Shown: positions 1-10,181, counted from the stretch's first letter. The stretch: 64,000 nt of DNA from Planctomycetales bacterium (GCA_037441675.1 JBBIRS010000008.1:32366-96365); one strand, 5' to 3'. The notes: generated from the sequence alone by a model not told the origin. A program made the numbers and translations.

Positions 1-2
1 CC

Positions 3-1340
3 GGATTCAGAGCATTAATTCCTAGGGATGGTGAATACATTTTGGCGAGAATAGCTCGTCAAGCAGTTCCTATTGATAGCTTCATGATATTTGCTAGCGC
101 AGATAGAACCAGCGGAAGCGCTCCTCTAACCGTTAATTTTTCCGCTCGTCCTTTGAATGAAACGGGTAGTGTTAGTTATAATTGGCAGTTTGGTGATGGT
201 GGAACTTCCAATGAGCAAAACCCAACTTACACTTATACCACCCCGGGAAATTATGTTGTTCTTCTGAGCGCTGAGGACTCTGCTGAAAATCAGTTCTTCT
301 CGTTTTCCACGCCAATTGAGGTTATTGGGGTTGGCGTAGCCTCTATCTCGGGAATTGTGCGAAACGCATCTACCGGTTTACCCTTAAGCGGGATACTAGT
401 GACGCTCGTCAGAGCTGACTTAAGTTTTTCCTCAACTACAACTGATTCTTCAGGCTTCTACGAGTTTACAAACCTACCCGCTGGGGAATACTCGTTAATT
501 TTCTCAGGTTCTGGATTCACCTCTTACACTCAGGTGGTATCGGTGAGCGAACTACCTATCAGAGTTGATAGCAATCTCAGAGCTGCGGATGTTATACCAA
601 CTTCTACGCCTACTTTCCTCTTTAATATGCCTCCGTATACTCTAGATGCAGTAAGCGGTATCGCCACAATTGATGCGTCAATACAGGAATATGTTGGAGA
701 TTCTGTTTTGAGGATATTGAACGGGAGAGCATCAACTATACCCTTTGTTCTTGAGCAGGATACTGGCATCATAGGGAGATTTGTGGACACGATAATACTC
801 ACCTTGGGGACAAACTCAATTCGCTATGTTTGCGCTAACCACACGGGTGTGACTGTCTCCGATGAAATCATAATTGAATGGACACCACAGGCGGGAGAAA
901 GAATTCTCTTCCGTGCGACACTAACCTGGGACAGGGGAACGGAAACAAACGCCCATGATATGGACTTGCACGTGGTTGACCCAAATGGCGAGGAGGCGTA
1001 TTACGCCAATCTAAACATCGGGACTGGCAATCTAGACGTGGATAACGTTATTGGCTTTGGGCCGGAAAACTTTACCGCAATTGTACCTGCCCGCCAGAAT
1101 CCAGTTCCTGGCACGTATCACGTCTTCGTGGTTTACTTCAGTGGAATTGAACCAACTAACAACACTATTACCCTGCGCGTAAATCCCGGCACACCCAATG
1201 AAGAGGTCGTGACAGTTGGCCCACATCTGCTTCAACAGGTTGATGAAATTTGGTATGCGGTTGACGTAATTGTTGATAGTTCTGGTCTTGCCACCTATGT
1301 TATTCCGGGAACGCCTCCGGGCGCAACCTTTCCGAACTAA
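3..1340 (+). CDS. Secreted PKD + carboxypeptidase-regulatory-like + YfaP/DUF2135-like domain protein (5' truncated by window edge)
   Basis: Frame is open from position 3. PKD motif (SGSAPLTVNF..YNWQFGDG..NPTYTY), TTTDSSGFYEF beta-sandwich, and YfaP-like TLTWD..DMDLHVVDPNG..LDVD..GFGPENF. Confidence 0.8.
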   Translation, partial: GFRALIPRDGEYILARIARQAVPIDSFMIFASADRTSGSAPLTVNFSARPLNETGSVSYNWQFGDGGTSNEQNPTYTYTTPGNYVVLLSAEDSAENQFFSFSTPIEVIGVGVASISGIVRNASTGLPLSGILVTLVRADLSFSSTTTDSSGFYEFTNLPAGEYSLIFSGSGFTSYTQVVSVSELPIRVDSNLRAADVIPTSTPTFLFNMPPYTLDAVSGIATIDASIQEYVGDSVLRILNGRASTIPFVLEQDTGIIGRFVDTIILTLGTNSIRYVCANHTGVTVSDEIIIEWTPQAGERILFRATLTWDRGTETNAHDMDLHVVDPNGEEAYYANLNIGTGNLDVDNVIGFGPENFTAIVPARQNPVPGTYHVFVVYFSGIEPTNNTITLRVNPGTPNEEVVTVGPHLLQQVDEIWYAVDVIVDSSGLATYVIPGTPPGATFPN

Positions 1341-1649
1341 CTTGGCACTTGGAGCGGCAGTTGGGCTAGCGTTTATGGCGTGGATAGCGGTACCTTTGTC
1401 GCGGATATCACCTTTCAATCTGGTGAAGATTTCACAGCATTCATAGTATTGACATACGTTCCAAATTTACCAAACGCTAATGTAAGTGGCAGTGTAATAA
1501 CAGATGGTAGTATCACAATCGGCGCGATAGATTCGGAAAACCAACAACAGGTTATCACCTTCTCTGGAAATGTTTTCTGAAGCATAATGGCTGGAACATA
1601 CACGACGATTTCGGGAGATAGTGACTCTTCGTGCGCGAACCGAACCTGA
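1341..1649 (+). pseudogene. In-frame C-terminal remnant of the upstream gene, cut off by TAA (1338) and TGA (1578)
   Basis: Same frame continues as LGTWSGSWASVYGVDSGTFVADITF...FSGNVF*SIMAGTYTTISG..., protein-like beta-rich sequence with no obvious RBS of its own. Confidence 0.6.
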
Positions 1650-1758
1650 AATGCATTTCAATGAGCTAAGAGATAGAGAGTGAGTGAGAATGAAGCCATT
1701 TCTTCAGCTTTAAGAAATGAGCGGGGAAGTTACTTCTATGTGGGATGGGAGTTCGCCC

Positions 1759-2178
1759 TCAGACGCCTTTATGTTCCTCACTTTCTGGAAGTTTTAACAG
1801 GCTTTCCTCTTCTTCGCGTTTTTTCTTCTCTTCCTCGAGTTTCTTTTTCAGCTCTGGGAATTGTTCTTTGATATACTCTTGGCGTTTCACAGGGTCAAGC
1901 GCAGCAAGAGGAGAACGAGCGTAAAACTCAATGAAACCGCATTTAAGACACATATAGGTATCAATGGGAGTAGCGCGGTCGTACTTGACTTGCATCCATC
2001 CATATGTGGCAACAAAATGAGGCTCTCTCGTCACTCCAAAGTTGGCAACGCTTGAAAACTCACCCTTGAGCATTTCGCCATTGCACTTGGGGCAACGCCT
2101 CTCGTCGGAGTGAGCCTTTCCCGTGTCAGCCGGGAACTCAATCTCACCCGGCTTACCCTTTCTTTTCGGCATTGACAC
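1759..2178 (-). CDS. Zinc-ribbon protein (CPKC...CLKC) with charged coiled-coil tail
   Basis: RCPKCNGEMLKG and YMCLKCGFIEFY. AAGGA upstream; ATG at 2172 is an alternative start. Confidence 0.7.
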   Translation of the reverse strand: MSMPKRKGKPGEIEFPADTGKAHSDERRCPKCNGEMLKGEFSSVANFGVTREPHFVATYGWMQVKYDRATPIDTYMCLKCGFIEFYARSPLAALDPVKRQEYIKEQFPELKKKLEEEKKKREEEESLLKLPESEEHKGV

Positions 2179-2263
2179 CGTCCTTATATTTTAACATCAA
2201 TGGCGGATTTACTAGTTTTTTAAGTTGTTTATTTATCTTATGCTTAGCTATTCCCAATCATCC

Positions 2264-2881
2264 TCACCACAATACCAATAGAGCTAAAACTACGAAAGCA
2301 GCGGAAATTAGAGGTAGCCATAACATCCATCCATCAACAATGTCACTTTTTATGATAAACACCATTATGGGTTCACTGCCTATGATCTCTTCCTCATAGG
2401 TGCCGTTTGTCTGTTGAAAGCGGATAAAATACTTTCCAGAGTCTCTTAGCTTGAAGGACGTTCTCTTGGAATAGTTCTCGCCAAAGGCGTTACTACCTGA
2501 AAGGATTAAATCAGTTTGTGGATGGATAACTTGTAGATTTTCATTCAAAATCTCTATCCTCGTTTCCCATGCGGGAATGGATATTGGTTTTCTCACCTTG
2601 AATGAGTAAATTGTCTTTGCGCCTGATTTTATGTAAAAGGGACCGAAAATTTTACCTCGGGTAATCTCTTCAACGGAAGCTTGCTGAAGCAGGATTATCC
2701 TCCCGGATAGATAAGTTGCCCATAAGTAATAACCAAACGCTAGAATGAGAACTAAAACTATAACCGTGCCTTTCCTTCTTCTGTGATACATTCGTGAAAG
2801 GACGAGTTCTTCTTCGCTAAAGGATTTACCGCTTCCCCCGAACACGCATAGATTATAGAAGAATGGAGGCTTAATAAGCAA
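2264..2881 (-). CDS. Hypothetical membrane protein (N- and C-terminal TM helices around a beta-rich domain)
   Basis: Hydrophobic VIVLVLILAFGYYLW and WMLWLPLISAAFVVLALLVLW. True start may be ATG 2791. Confidence 0.65.
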   Translation of the reverse strand: MLIKPPFFYNLCVFGGSGKSFSEEELVLSRMYHRRRKGTVIVLVLILAFGYYLWATYLSGRIILLQQASVEEITRGKIFGPFYIKSGAKTIYSFKVRKPISIPAWETRIEILNENLQVIHPQTDLILSGSNAFGENYSKRTSFKLRDSGKYFIRFQQTNGTYEEEIIGSEPIMVFIIKSDIVDGWMLWLPLISAAFVVLALLVLW

Positions 2882-3118
2882 TATACTGATATAGAAAGAT
2901 AGTGAGCGTGATAAATAAAGAACTAATAAAGGACTTAAAGAGCGATTGGATTACACTGCATCACTGTCAAATAAACCCTAAGAGGGTAAAATAAAAGTGA
3001 GCCCCGAAGCCAGTATAATTTTAAGGTAGCAAGGCGGGAAATTTTAGCTAATATCAAGATAACTATTGCAAGTATTTGGTGCGCAATTTATCTTTTGGCT
3101 AAATTGAGGAAGATGAAA

Positions 3119-6100
3119 ATGAAAAGAACACTCTGTTTACACAAATTACTTGCAGTTATGTTGCTTTTCCTGATAAGTTTTCATTTGTATTCATGTGGAA
3201 ATGGGGGATTAAAGACTGTATCAACTCCGAGCCCAATTGCGAATCAAATTACCGCATTTAGCGATTCTTCCGAAGAGGAACTAAAGTTACAAGCGGGCAA
3301 TATCGCAGAGCCGATAGACCCTTTAGAGCTTGGGAGGGAATTAGCGGTATCAACCGCTGGAAATCCTGAGTTTTCCCTATTTCTTCAAGACAATAGGAAC
3401 AACCTGATAGATAATGCTCCCTTCCGCTTGGAAATTTCCATCACATTAACGGGGGATCTTTCAGTGGGGATTGTCACTACATCGGATATGGAAGGATTAC
3501 CATCCCTGCTAGGTTATCTCAGGTATGCCTCGGACAAACTCCACGTGGAAGAGGTTAATTGGAATGAGTATGTCTACTCCGCGGATGAAGCCATTTTATT
3601 TTCTGCGATAATTCCGAAGCATCTTGCGCTAGCAGTTGAACCTATTGGCGATGTCCATCTTAAGCCGATTGAAGCTGGCACCCGCATACTTGAGGTAATC
3701 TTCTCCAATTCCAGTGAAAACGCACGAAAAGCCGTAAGCCTAGCCCCAAGAGGCGCAAACAACAAAGTAATTCCAGAACTTAATTGGATTGGCGGAAGGC
3801 TAGCGCTTAACTTTGAAGGAAGGAATATGGGGGATTACAACTTGGATGGAGCGGTTAGCATTGCTGATGTCTCGATTTTAGCGCAAAGGTTCCACAAGAG
3901 AAGAACAGAACCCAACTGGGACGCCAGGGATAATGTCGTGGATGGGAATGGAAATGGCGCCATTGAGATAGGGGATGTCAAGGTCATTGCGGACAACTTC
4001 TTCTCAAGGCTCTCTGGTTATGACATTGATTTCGCATTTGTACCGGTTGATTCTCCCGAACCTAAAGCTTTTGAGCGCATTGTAAATACTCAAGATTCTT
4101 CCAAGCCAACTGTTGAGTTCGTCATTCCTCCTCCTACCTCCGGTTGGCCAACCTTTAACTTTGAGCTTCCAGATAGGGGATTTGGAACCTATTACGTAAA
4201 AGTTATCCCGGTTGGTAAAACCCTAGATGATAGGGGAATTGAAAGTGACGTCGTTTCCGCTGAAAGAATTAACATTCCCCCTCTTCCACCATCAAACTTC
4301 CATTTTACTTCATTCACGAAGAACAGTGTTAGCTTGGCATGGGCGGTATCCTCGGAAACTGACGTTGTTGGCTATCATATCTATTTCACTGATGATCCAA
4401 ACGCTGATTCATTAGAGGAGTTGACCAAGGCGAATTCAGAGATAATTCCCCGTTTCACTACAACGTTTGAAGTTACAAATCTTACCACCAACACGACCTA
4501 CTACTTCTTTATAGCGTCAGAGGATGCGAATGGGCTGCTTTCAGAAGAAGCTAGAATCTTAGCGACTAGAATTTCAGTGGAAGTACTTGACCTTCCGCCC
4601 GCTCCTCCAGCTAATTTCCGAGTTAGCGAAACAACTTACACGAGTGTCTCCCTAGCCTGGGATGAGAGCCAAGAGAGCGATGTTGTGGGTTATAACATTT
4701 ATTACACGACGGTGGCGGATGCCCAGTTAAGCCAGTATCAGCTAGCCAATCCTTCATTGATACCAGTTGCAACTATTGGGTTTACTTTAGAGCCTCTCAC
4801 TGAGTTCACAACTTACTATTTCGTTATATCCGCTGTTGATGAGGGCGGGCATGAGAGCCTAGAGCCTGATATTCTGGCGACCAGGGTTCAAGCATTGACA
4901 GTTGTTCTGCCCATTGCGGTGGCAAAGATTCTGGAAAAGGAGCAGTACGGGCAAATATATGAGGATTATCCGTTGACCTTTTCAGCAGAGGATTCATACT
5001 CTCCAGCTGGTGCACGTTTAGTTGAATTCACATGGGACTTTGGAGATGGAAGTCCAATTGAGACAATTCCGGCGTCGGGAACCGCACATCACATATACCC
5101 CGCACCCAGCTTAGGGTATAACGTGACTTTGACGGTGAAGGATGAGTATGGTGTGGAGAGTTCAACAATTATCCAAACTGGAACAATAAATCAGCTAACG
5201 GAGCAGAGAATCCTCCTCGTATGGAACATAAACTCGCCCAACGTGGACGGCGTTATCAAAGACTATTACGGAAGCCCCTACACCGGTCGCGGAATACCCG
5301 CGGAGTTCGTCTTGGGGTTACCCTTGTCAATGAATGAAGAAATCTCCCGGTCAGAATACGACAATTCCATCCGCATGCCCATACAAGATTACCTTAATAA
5401 CACCATTGTTCAAACACCTCAAGGACAGAGAGCGCTCCGTAACGTCATTCACTACATAGTTACCACCAAGGATGTTCCGTTAAAGATAAGCGGAGCTAAC
5501 AACGCCGCAGTGGACAGCGAGCTAACCTTGCTCTTTGAAACCTATGACCTCGCGAACGGTATCTACAACCCTTTCTATGGCTGGGAAAGCAGTGACCATT
5601 TTGATAAGGGCAATATGGCAAAATCTCAGCGGTGGCAACCATTTTCATTTACGGCTAGGGAGCCCGACTGGCTCCCAGCTTTCGGCTGGGATGGAACTGA
5701 TACCGCCACGATTGACTATCTTGTGACCAGACTTACCGCGTATACGTTAGAAGAAACTCTAGCGATGATTGACCGTAGCCTTAACGCGTATTCGGGTAAC
5801 GAATACTACATCATCCTTGACGATCAGTTTAAGGATTATGACCGAATGAACGACCCACCGTGGCCCAACATTTGGCCACAAGACAAATCGGCAACGACTG
5901 TACTAACAAACTTGGGATATCACGTCTATTCAGACACAACCCACCAGGGCGACCTCATAACCGCAGCATTTCTGGGCGACCCGAGTATTTCAAACAACGT
6001 TCTGGGGTACTGCTCTCATGGGGTGCACTCTGATTTTGATGGTTTCTACATATTGGAGGACTTGCAGTTCGGGTACTTACCAGGTGCACTCTTTATGAGC

Positions 6101-6370
6101 TATGAGTCGTTTAACGGAACCACCTTTAAGTCTCCGCCTACCAACCCAGGCCGGCATGGGCAAGTGGCAGACTGGATTCGCATGGGTGGAACAGGTGGAA
6201 TCGGAAATGTCTACGAACCCTATTCCTTTGCGGTCGGGGATGAAAGCATTATGTTCGCAGAATACCTTGGAGGTCGTAACCTCGCTGAATCCGCCTACAA
6301 GGGAATTATGGCAATCTCCTGGATGGAAGTAGTAGTTGGGGACCCTCTTACAACGGTAAATATTCAATAA
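3119..6370 (+). CDS. Large lipoprotein: cohesin-like, dockerin-like, 2x FN3, PKD and C-terminal TIGR03790-like domain
   Basis: GAGGA RBS at 3106 and lipobox LYSC. Paired Ca-loop repeats GDYNLDGAVSIADV and DGNGNGAIEIGDV, two PPxNF..SVSLAW..GY.IY FN3 repeats, PKD WDFGDG, C-terminal ESFNG..GNVYEPY..VVGDPL. Confidence 0.8.
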   Translation: MKRTLCLHKLLAVMLLFLISFHLYSCGNGGLKTVSTPSPIANQITAFSDSSEEELKLQAGNIAEPIDPLELGRELAVSTAGNPEFSLFLQDNRNNLIDNAPFRLEISITLTGDLSVGIVTTSDMEGLPSLLGYLRYASDKLHVEEVNWNEYVYSADEAILFSAIIPKHLALAVEPIGDVHLKPIEAGTRILEVIFSNSSENARKAVSLAPRGANNKVIPELNWIGGRLALNFEGRNMGDYNLDGAVSIADVSILAQRFHKRRTEPNWDARDNVVDGNGNGAIEIGDVKVIADNFFSRLSGYDIDFAFVPVDSPEPKAFERIVNTQDSSKPTVEFVIPPPTSGWPTFNFELPDRGFGTYYVKVIPVGKTLDDRGIESDVVSAERINIPPLPPSNFHFTSFTKNSVSLAWAVSSETDVVGYHIYFTDDPNADSLEELTKANSEIIPRFTTTFEVTNLTTNTTYYFFIASEDANGLLSEEARILATRISVEVLDLPPAPPANFRVSETTYTSVSLAWDESQESDVVGYNIYYTTVADAQLSQYQLANPSLIPVATIGFTLEPLTEFTTYYFVISAVDEGGHESLEPDILATRVQALTVVLPIAVAKILEKEQYGQIYEDYPLTFSAEDSYSPAGARLVEFTWDFGDGSPIETIPASGTAHHIYPAPSLGYNVTLTVKDEYGVESSTIIQTGTINQLTEQRILLVWNINSPNVDGVIKDYYGSPYTGRGIPAEFVLGLPLSMNEEISRSEYDNSIRMPIQDYLNNTIVQTPQGQRALRNVIHYIVTTKDVPLKISGANNAAVDSELTLLFETYDLANGIYNPFYGWESSDHFDKGNMAKSQRWQPFSFTAREPDWLPAFGWDGTDTATIDYLVTRLTAYTLEETLAMIDRSLNAYSGNEYYIILDDQFKDYDRMNDPPWPNIWPQDKSATTVLTNLGYHVYSDTTHQGDLITAAFLGDPSISNNVLGYCSHGVHSDFDGFYILEDLQFGYLPGALFMSYESFNGTTFKSPPTNPGRHGQVADWIRMGGTGGIGNVYEPYSFAVGDESIMFAEYLGGRNLAESAYKGIMAISWMEVVVGDPLTTVNIQ

Positions 6371-6432
6371 AGGTGCCGTCGCAAATCACTAATGAGTAGC
6401 CTACTGAGTCAACTGAATGAACCGAATGTCCT

Positions 6433-8514
6433 TCAACTCAGGAACAACCGTATCGTCAGTATTGTAACTTGGTGCATAGTAGCATATATAAAGCACACGT
6501 CGTCCGCGCCTGCGGCAGCTATCGCCGGAGTTAATCCTAGAGTAGTGGAATAAGTGGTGTTAGGCATAACTACTACTCGTTTAGACTGGCCTTGAAAGGG
6601 CAATCCGACTGCCTTGGAGGTTCCATACCAGCCGTATCTGTTAAAGTCGTAGGCGCTCGGCAAGAGGACGTTTGAAATTCCCTTTTCAGACGATAGATAG
6701 GTATATCCTTCGAACTTAAACATAGGTATCCCAGACTCTAGTAAGGTGGGTGGGCTCTAACTTCCGTATTGGTAGGAGACCGCGACTATGCTGTATTGCC
6801 AAGAATTCTCGTCAATTGGCGAAAAAACGAAAGTGGGAACTCCATCACCGTAGTAAAACATTGCATTTCCTCCTGCGAGGTTCTGGTCGTCAGGTTCTTG
6901 GGGATACAAAAATACCCACGGGCCGCTCTGCAGTTCGTAAAGCTCAAATACGAATGAGGAAGAAGAGAGTCGCCAAATACCATCCATCGTATACATCATA
7001 AGATTGCCAGACTGCCCGTCAACCATCAGCACCGCCTTCTCGCTAGCTTCTGACCAAACCTAGCTGTCGATGACTGGCATCTCAATTACTTAAGGGGAAT
7101 ACGGAGGGTAAACCGCTATGTATCCTTCCAGCTGTTAAGGTGGAAACTGCTCAAACTCGCTGTACTCCCGGTAAATCACTACACGAGGGTTGCAGTAGTG
7201 GTGGACTCTTCCACCAGTGCGATTGCTGGAAGATGAGTGACGGGATTCGTCGCCATCGAAATGCGTCCGACCGCATTATCCATTCCCGTTGACGTCAGGT
7301 GTTAGGTCGCTATGTTCTCGGTGATGACGTTCTGCTCTAACGTCTCGCGCAGGCGCGCGAAGTTGGGGACGAAAACCTCGTCTTCACGGGCGGTAGATGG
7401 AACGCCCCAGTAAAGTCTGTCGCTGGTCTGCTGTAATAAGGTGCGAACTTGATCCACATCCCAATATGAGTGAAAGTTCTTGATAATTACGGCTGTCGCT
7501 GACACTATTGGCGTAGCGATGCTCGTTCCTGAACTACTGGTGTAGCTTCCACCAGCTATAGTCGGCTTCAGGGTCTTTGCGCCAGCTGCCATATCCACCC
7601 AACTACCGTAGTTGGAGAAGAAAACCCGCCAATAACTGGCTCCCTGACCATCAAACTTGTTTCCTCCTACGGAGATCACAAAGTCCCACGCCGACGGATA
7701 GACTCTTGCGTCGTCGTTCCAGTTATGTGCAGGAACCACTGGCACGAGTCTGCAAATGGAAGAACCTTCGCTTTGAAGGCGATTACGGCAATTCCTTCGT
7801 TACCGGCTCTTGCGTTTAAGACCCCGATCACCTTTGTGCCATGACCATAATAATTCGTACCTCGCTCTTCCTCAGGATCCTTGTCCTCTATACCATTGGC
7901 ACAGTCATAGTCTATTCCAGGGCTATCCTCTATGCCAATAAGCGAATACTGAGTTGAACCATCATCGTTGTTGAAATCGGTATGGGCCTTGTAGATACCC
8001 GTCTCAATGACCGCGACATAAGTGCGCTCTCCTTTATAACGTTTATCCGTGGGTGAACCGCAAAACTCCTCATGCCCCGCGCATTTCCCGAACCAGCACT
8101 CCCCTTCCTTGTCTATGAAATACTCGGCTCCAGGGTCATACGCGGCGAGGTGGAGCCTAATGTCCGGTTCAACAGTTAGAACTTCGTCCTGAAAACGCTC
8201 CAAGATACTCAGTGCGGATTTATTACGAGCCTCTAAGGACGAAAAGTTCGTTTTCAGGAAGAGACAAACACCTTAGCACCAACACGCATTTATCCTCAAT
8301 GCTCATATTCGCTATTTGCTGGATAAGCGGTGCCTATGCACCAACAGTGATCACCATAGAGGTAGTACTGGGGTAAGAGATCCCCATTCTACCCCCTCTG
8401 CTGGCGTTCTAAGACGCAGGCTTAGAGCAAAACGAAGAAAGTAATAAAAGCATAATGCCAACGAAAAGGCAGGGTGTTAAACACCTTTGAAAACCCAGTT
8501 CTTCTGAATTCCAT
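6433..8514 (-). pseudogene. Degraded S8 (subtilisin-like) serine protease
   Basis: Fragments in several frames carry VAVIETG, GHGTKVIG, YPSA..VISVG..FSNYGSWVD and SGTSIATP. AAGGAGG (8521-8527) precedes ATG 8514 and a frameshifted signal-like region. Multiple stops, frameshifts and an internal deletion. Confidence 0.75.
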
Positions 8515-8571
8515 TCTGACCCTCCTTGAGAGTCTTATGTCCAAAAGCAAAGAAATTATGCACCTAAATGA

Positions 8572-8796
8572 GTTTCTTCGCAACCGATCGCGGATTTCAT
8601 CAAAATGAGATTGACCTGGGAAATGGGCGACTTATACGAAACTTATGCAGATGCAGTTGGAGATAAGAGTGCCATTTTTCCCGAGTATCTTGGCGTTAGG
8701 AATCTCGCGGAAGCACTTTATAAATGTCTTCGCTATGCCTCATGGATGGAAGTAGTAGTGGGTGATCCTCTCCGCACGGTTAACGTAACGGGATAG
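8572..8796 (+). pseudogene. Orphan 3' fragment paralogous to the end of the TIGR03790-like domain of 3119..6370
   Basis: IADFIKM..DLYETYADAVGDKSAIFPEYLGVRNLAEALYK..SWMEVVVGDPLRTVNV aligns to VADWIRM..NVYEPYSFAVGDESIMFAEYLGGRNLAESAYK..SWMEVVVGDPLTTVNI. Confidence 0.85.
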
Positions 8797-9773
8797 GTTT
8801 GTGGCAGTTCTTGGTAAGCTTGTAGCGCTTGAGCTTTTTCAAAACCCTTCAAATGCCTGTCAAAGAACTCAATCATCTTCGTAATCCACTTCACCGCATC
8901 TACTGGGTTCGCCAGGAAATCGCCGTGTTTTCCACCTTTAACTTCAATCAGTTCCGCTTCGACGCGTGCATCTTTCAGTTTCTGGTAAAGCCTTCTGCTT
9001 TGGTCAATTGGCAAGAGAGGGTCATCTGTTCCGTGAATTATAAGAAATGGCGGGTCGCTTGAATCAACAAACGTTACAGGTGAAGCCATCTCCGCTACTT
9101 TTCTCACTCGAGATGGTTTATCACCTAAGAGCTCAGAGACTGGACCATTTCGTCTCGTTTTCAGCTTCTCACCAATCACAGTAAAGTCAGTAGGACCAAA
9201 GAAATCAACTACCGCCTGAACGTCACTTGAAACTCCCGTAACACCAATATCCCCCTCCAGCTCACTTACTCCAATTGATGTTCCAAGAAGTGCGGACAAG
9301 TGTCCTCCGGCAGAAGGCCCAAATACGCCTATGCGGTTTGGATCTCCGCCAAACTTCTGAGCGTTCTTTCTAATCCATCTTATAGCGGATTTGCAGTCAT
9401 AAATCTGCGCCGGGAATTTAGCGGTATCGGTAAAGCGGTAGTTGATGGCAACGAGAATGTAGCCTGCGTTAGTAACCTGAGGCGCAAATTTCAGCGCGCC
9501 AATCTTATCTCCACTCCGCCAGCCTCCACCATGAATATGCACTAGTATCGGTTTTAGCTCTCCTTGAGAATCCCTTGGCTCGTAAACATCCAACTTAAGT
9601 CTCTCGCCATTCACCACAGCGTAAACAATGTCTCTTGTAACTTTTAGATTCTTTAAGGAATGAACTAGCGGAGAGCGGCTTTGTATTTTGGGCGCCCCAG
9701 CACTCGGGTAAGCGCTGATAAGTAGGGTTGGCGCGGTTAAAATAACTGAGAAAGCTAAGAATCCTGAAATCAT
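8733..9773 (-). CDS. Secreted alpha/beta hydrolase (HSL/BD-FAE-like esterase)
   Basis: HGGGW oxyanion motif, GPSAGG nucleophile elbow, HGTDD and terminal H; N-terminal signal-like segment. TTG 9797 is an alternative start. Confidence 0.88.
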   Translation of the reverse strand: MISGFLAFSVILTAPTLLISAYPSAGAPKIQSRSPLVHSLKNLKVTRDIVYAVVNGERLKLDVYEPRDSQGELKPILVHIHGGGWRSGDKIGALKFAPQVTNAGYILVAINYRFTDTAKFPAQIYDCKSAIRWIRKNAQKFGGDPNRIGVFGPSAGGHLSALLGTSIGVSELEGDIGVTGVSSDVQAVVDFFGPTDFTVIGEKLKTRRNGPVSELLGDKPSRVRKVAEMASPVTFVDSSDPPFLIIHGTDDPLLPIDQSRRLYQKLKDARVEAELIEVKGGKHGDFLANPVDAVKWITKMIEFFDRHLKGFEKAQALQAYQELPQTYPVTLTVRRGSPTTTSIHEA

Positions 9774-9923
9774 TCTTACTTCAGGAACCTCCAGCAACTT
9801 TTATACTGAAAATATCGCACATTATTAGACGGAAGGGTAAAGAAAAGAATTCAGGGAGAGAGAAACACGCGATGAAGCGCCCGAATTTGGGAATTAGAAA
9901 AGCCTGCGAGATTGCCTACGCTC

Positions 9924-10181
9924 TTAAAATCCTACGCCACGCCCCATTCGTTTGCACTCATTGCACATAATGATGCAGTTATTCAAGTTTGGTGGCGCAC
10001 CGGGCGATTTTTCTACCGCAAACCATCCACCTTCCGCGCTACTATTTTGCAAATGCCACTGGAGAACTTTATTGCATTTAGGACCATGACCGTGAACTGA
10101 GAAGCTACACTCGCATTTTCCGCCTGTCCTACGCCATGCACCTTGAATTATCGCAGATGGAAATTTAGTAGTCTTAAGCAT
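9924..10181 (-). CDS. Small HNH-endonuclease-like zinc-binding protein (degenerate)
   Basis: AWRRTGGKCEC..H.H..C and NLNNCIIMCNEC. GAGGA RBS upstream. Confidence 0.6.
   Translation of the reverse strand: MLKTTKFPSAIIQGAWRRTGGKCECSFSVHGHGPKCNKVLQWHLQNSSAEGGWFAVEKSPGAPPNLNNCIIMCNECKRMGRGVGF

Noticed and set aside
6158..8796. Diversity-generating retroelement (VR/TR pair)
   Set aside because: Differences between the two copies involve all four bases and are often synonymous rather than adenine-specific. No reverse transcriptase gene is in the window.
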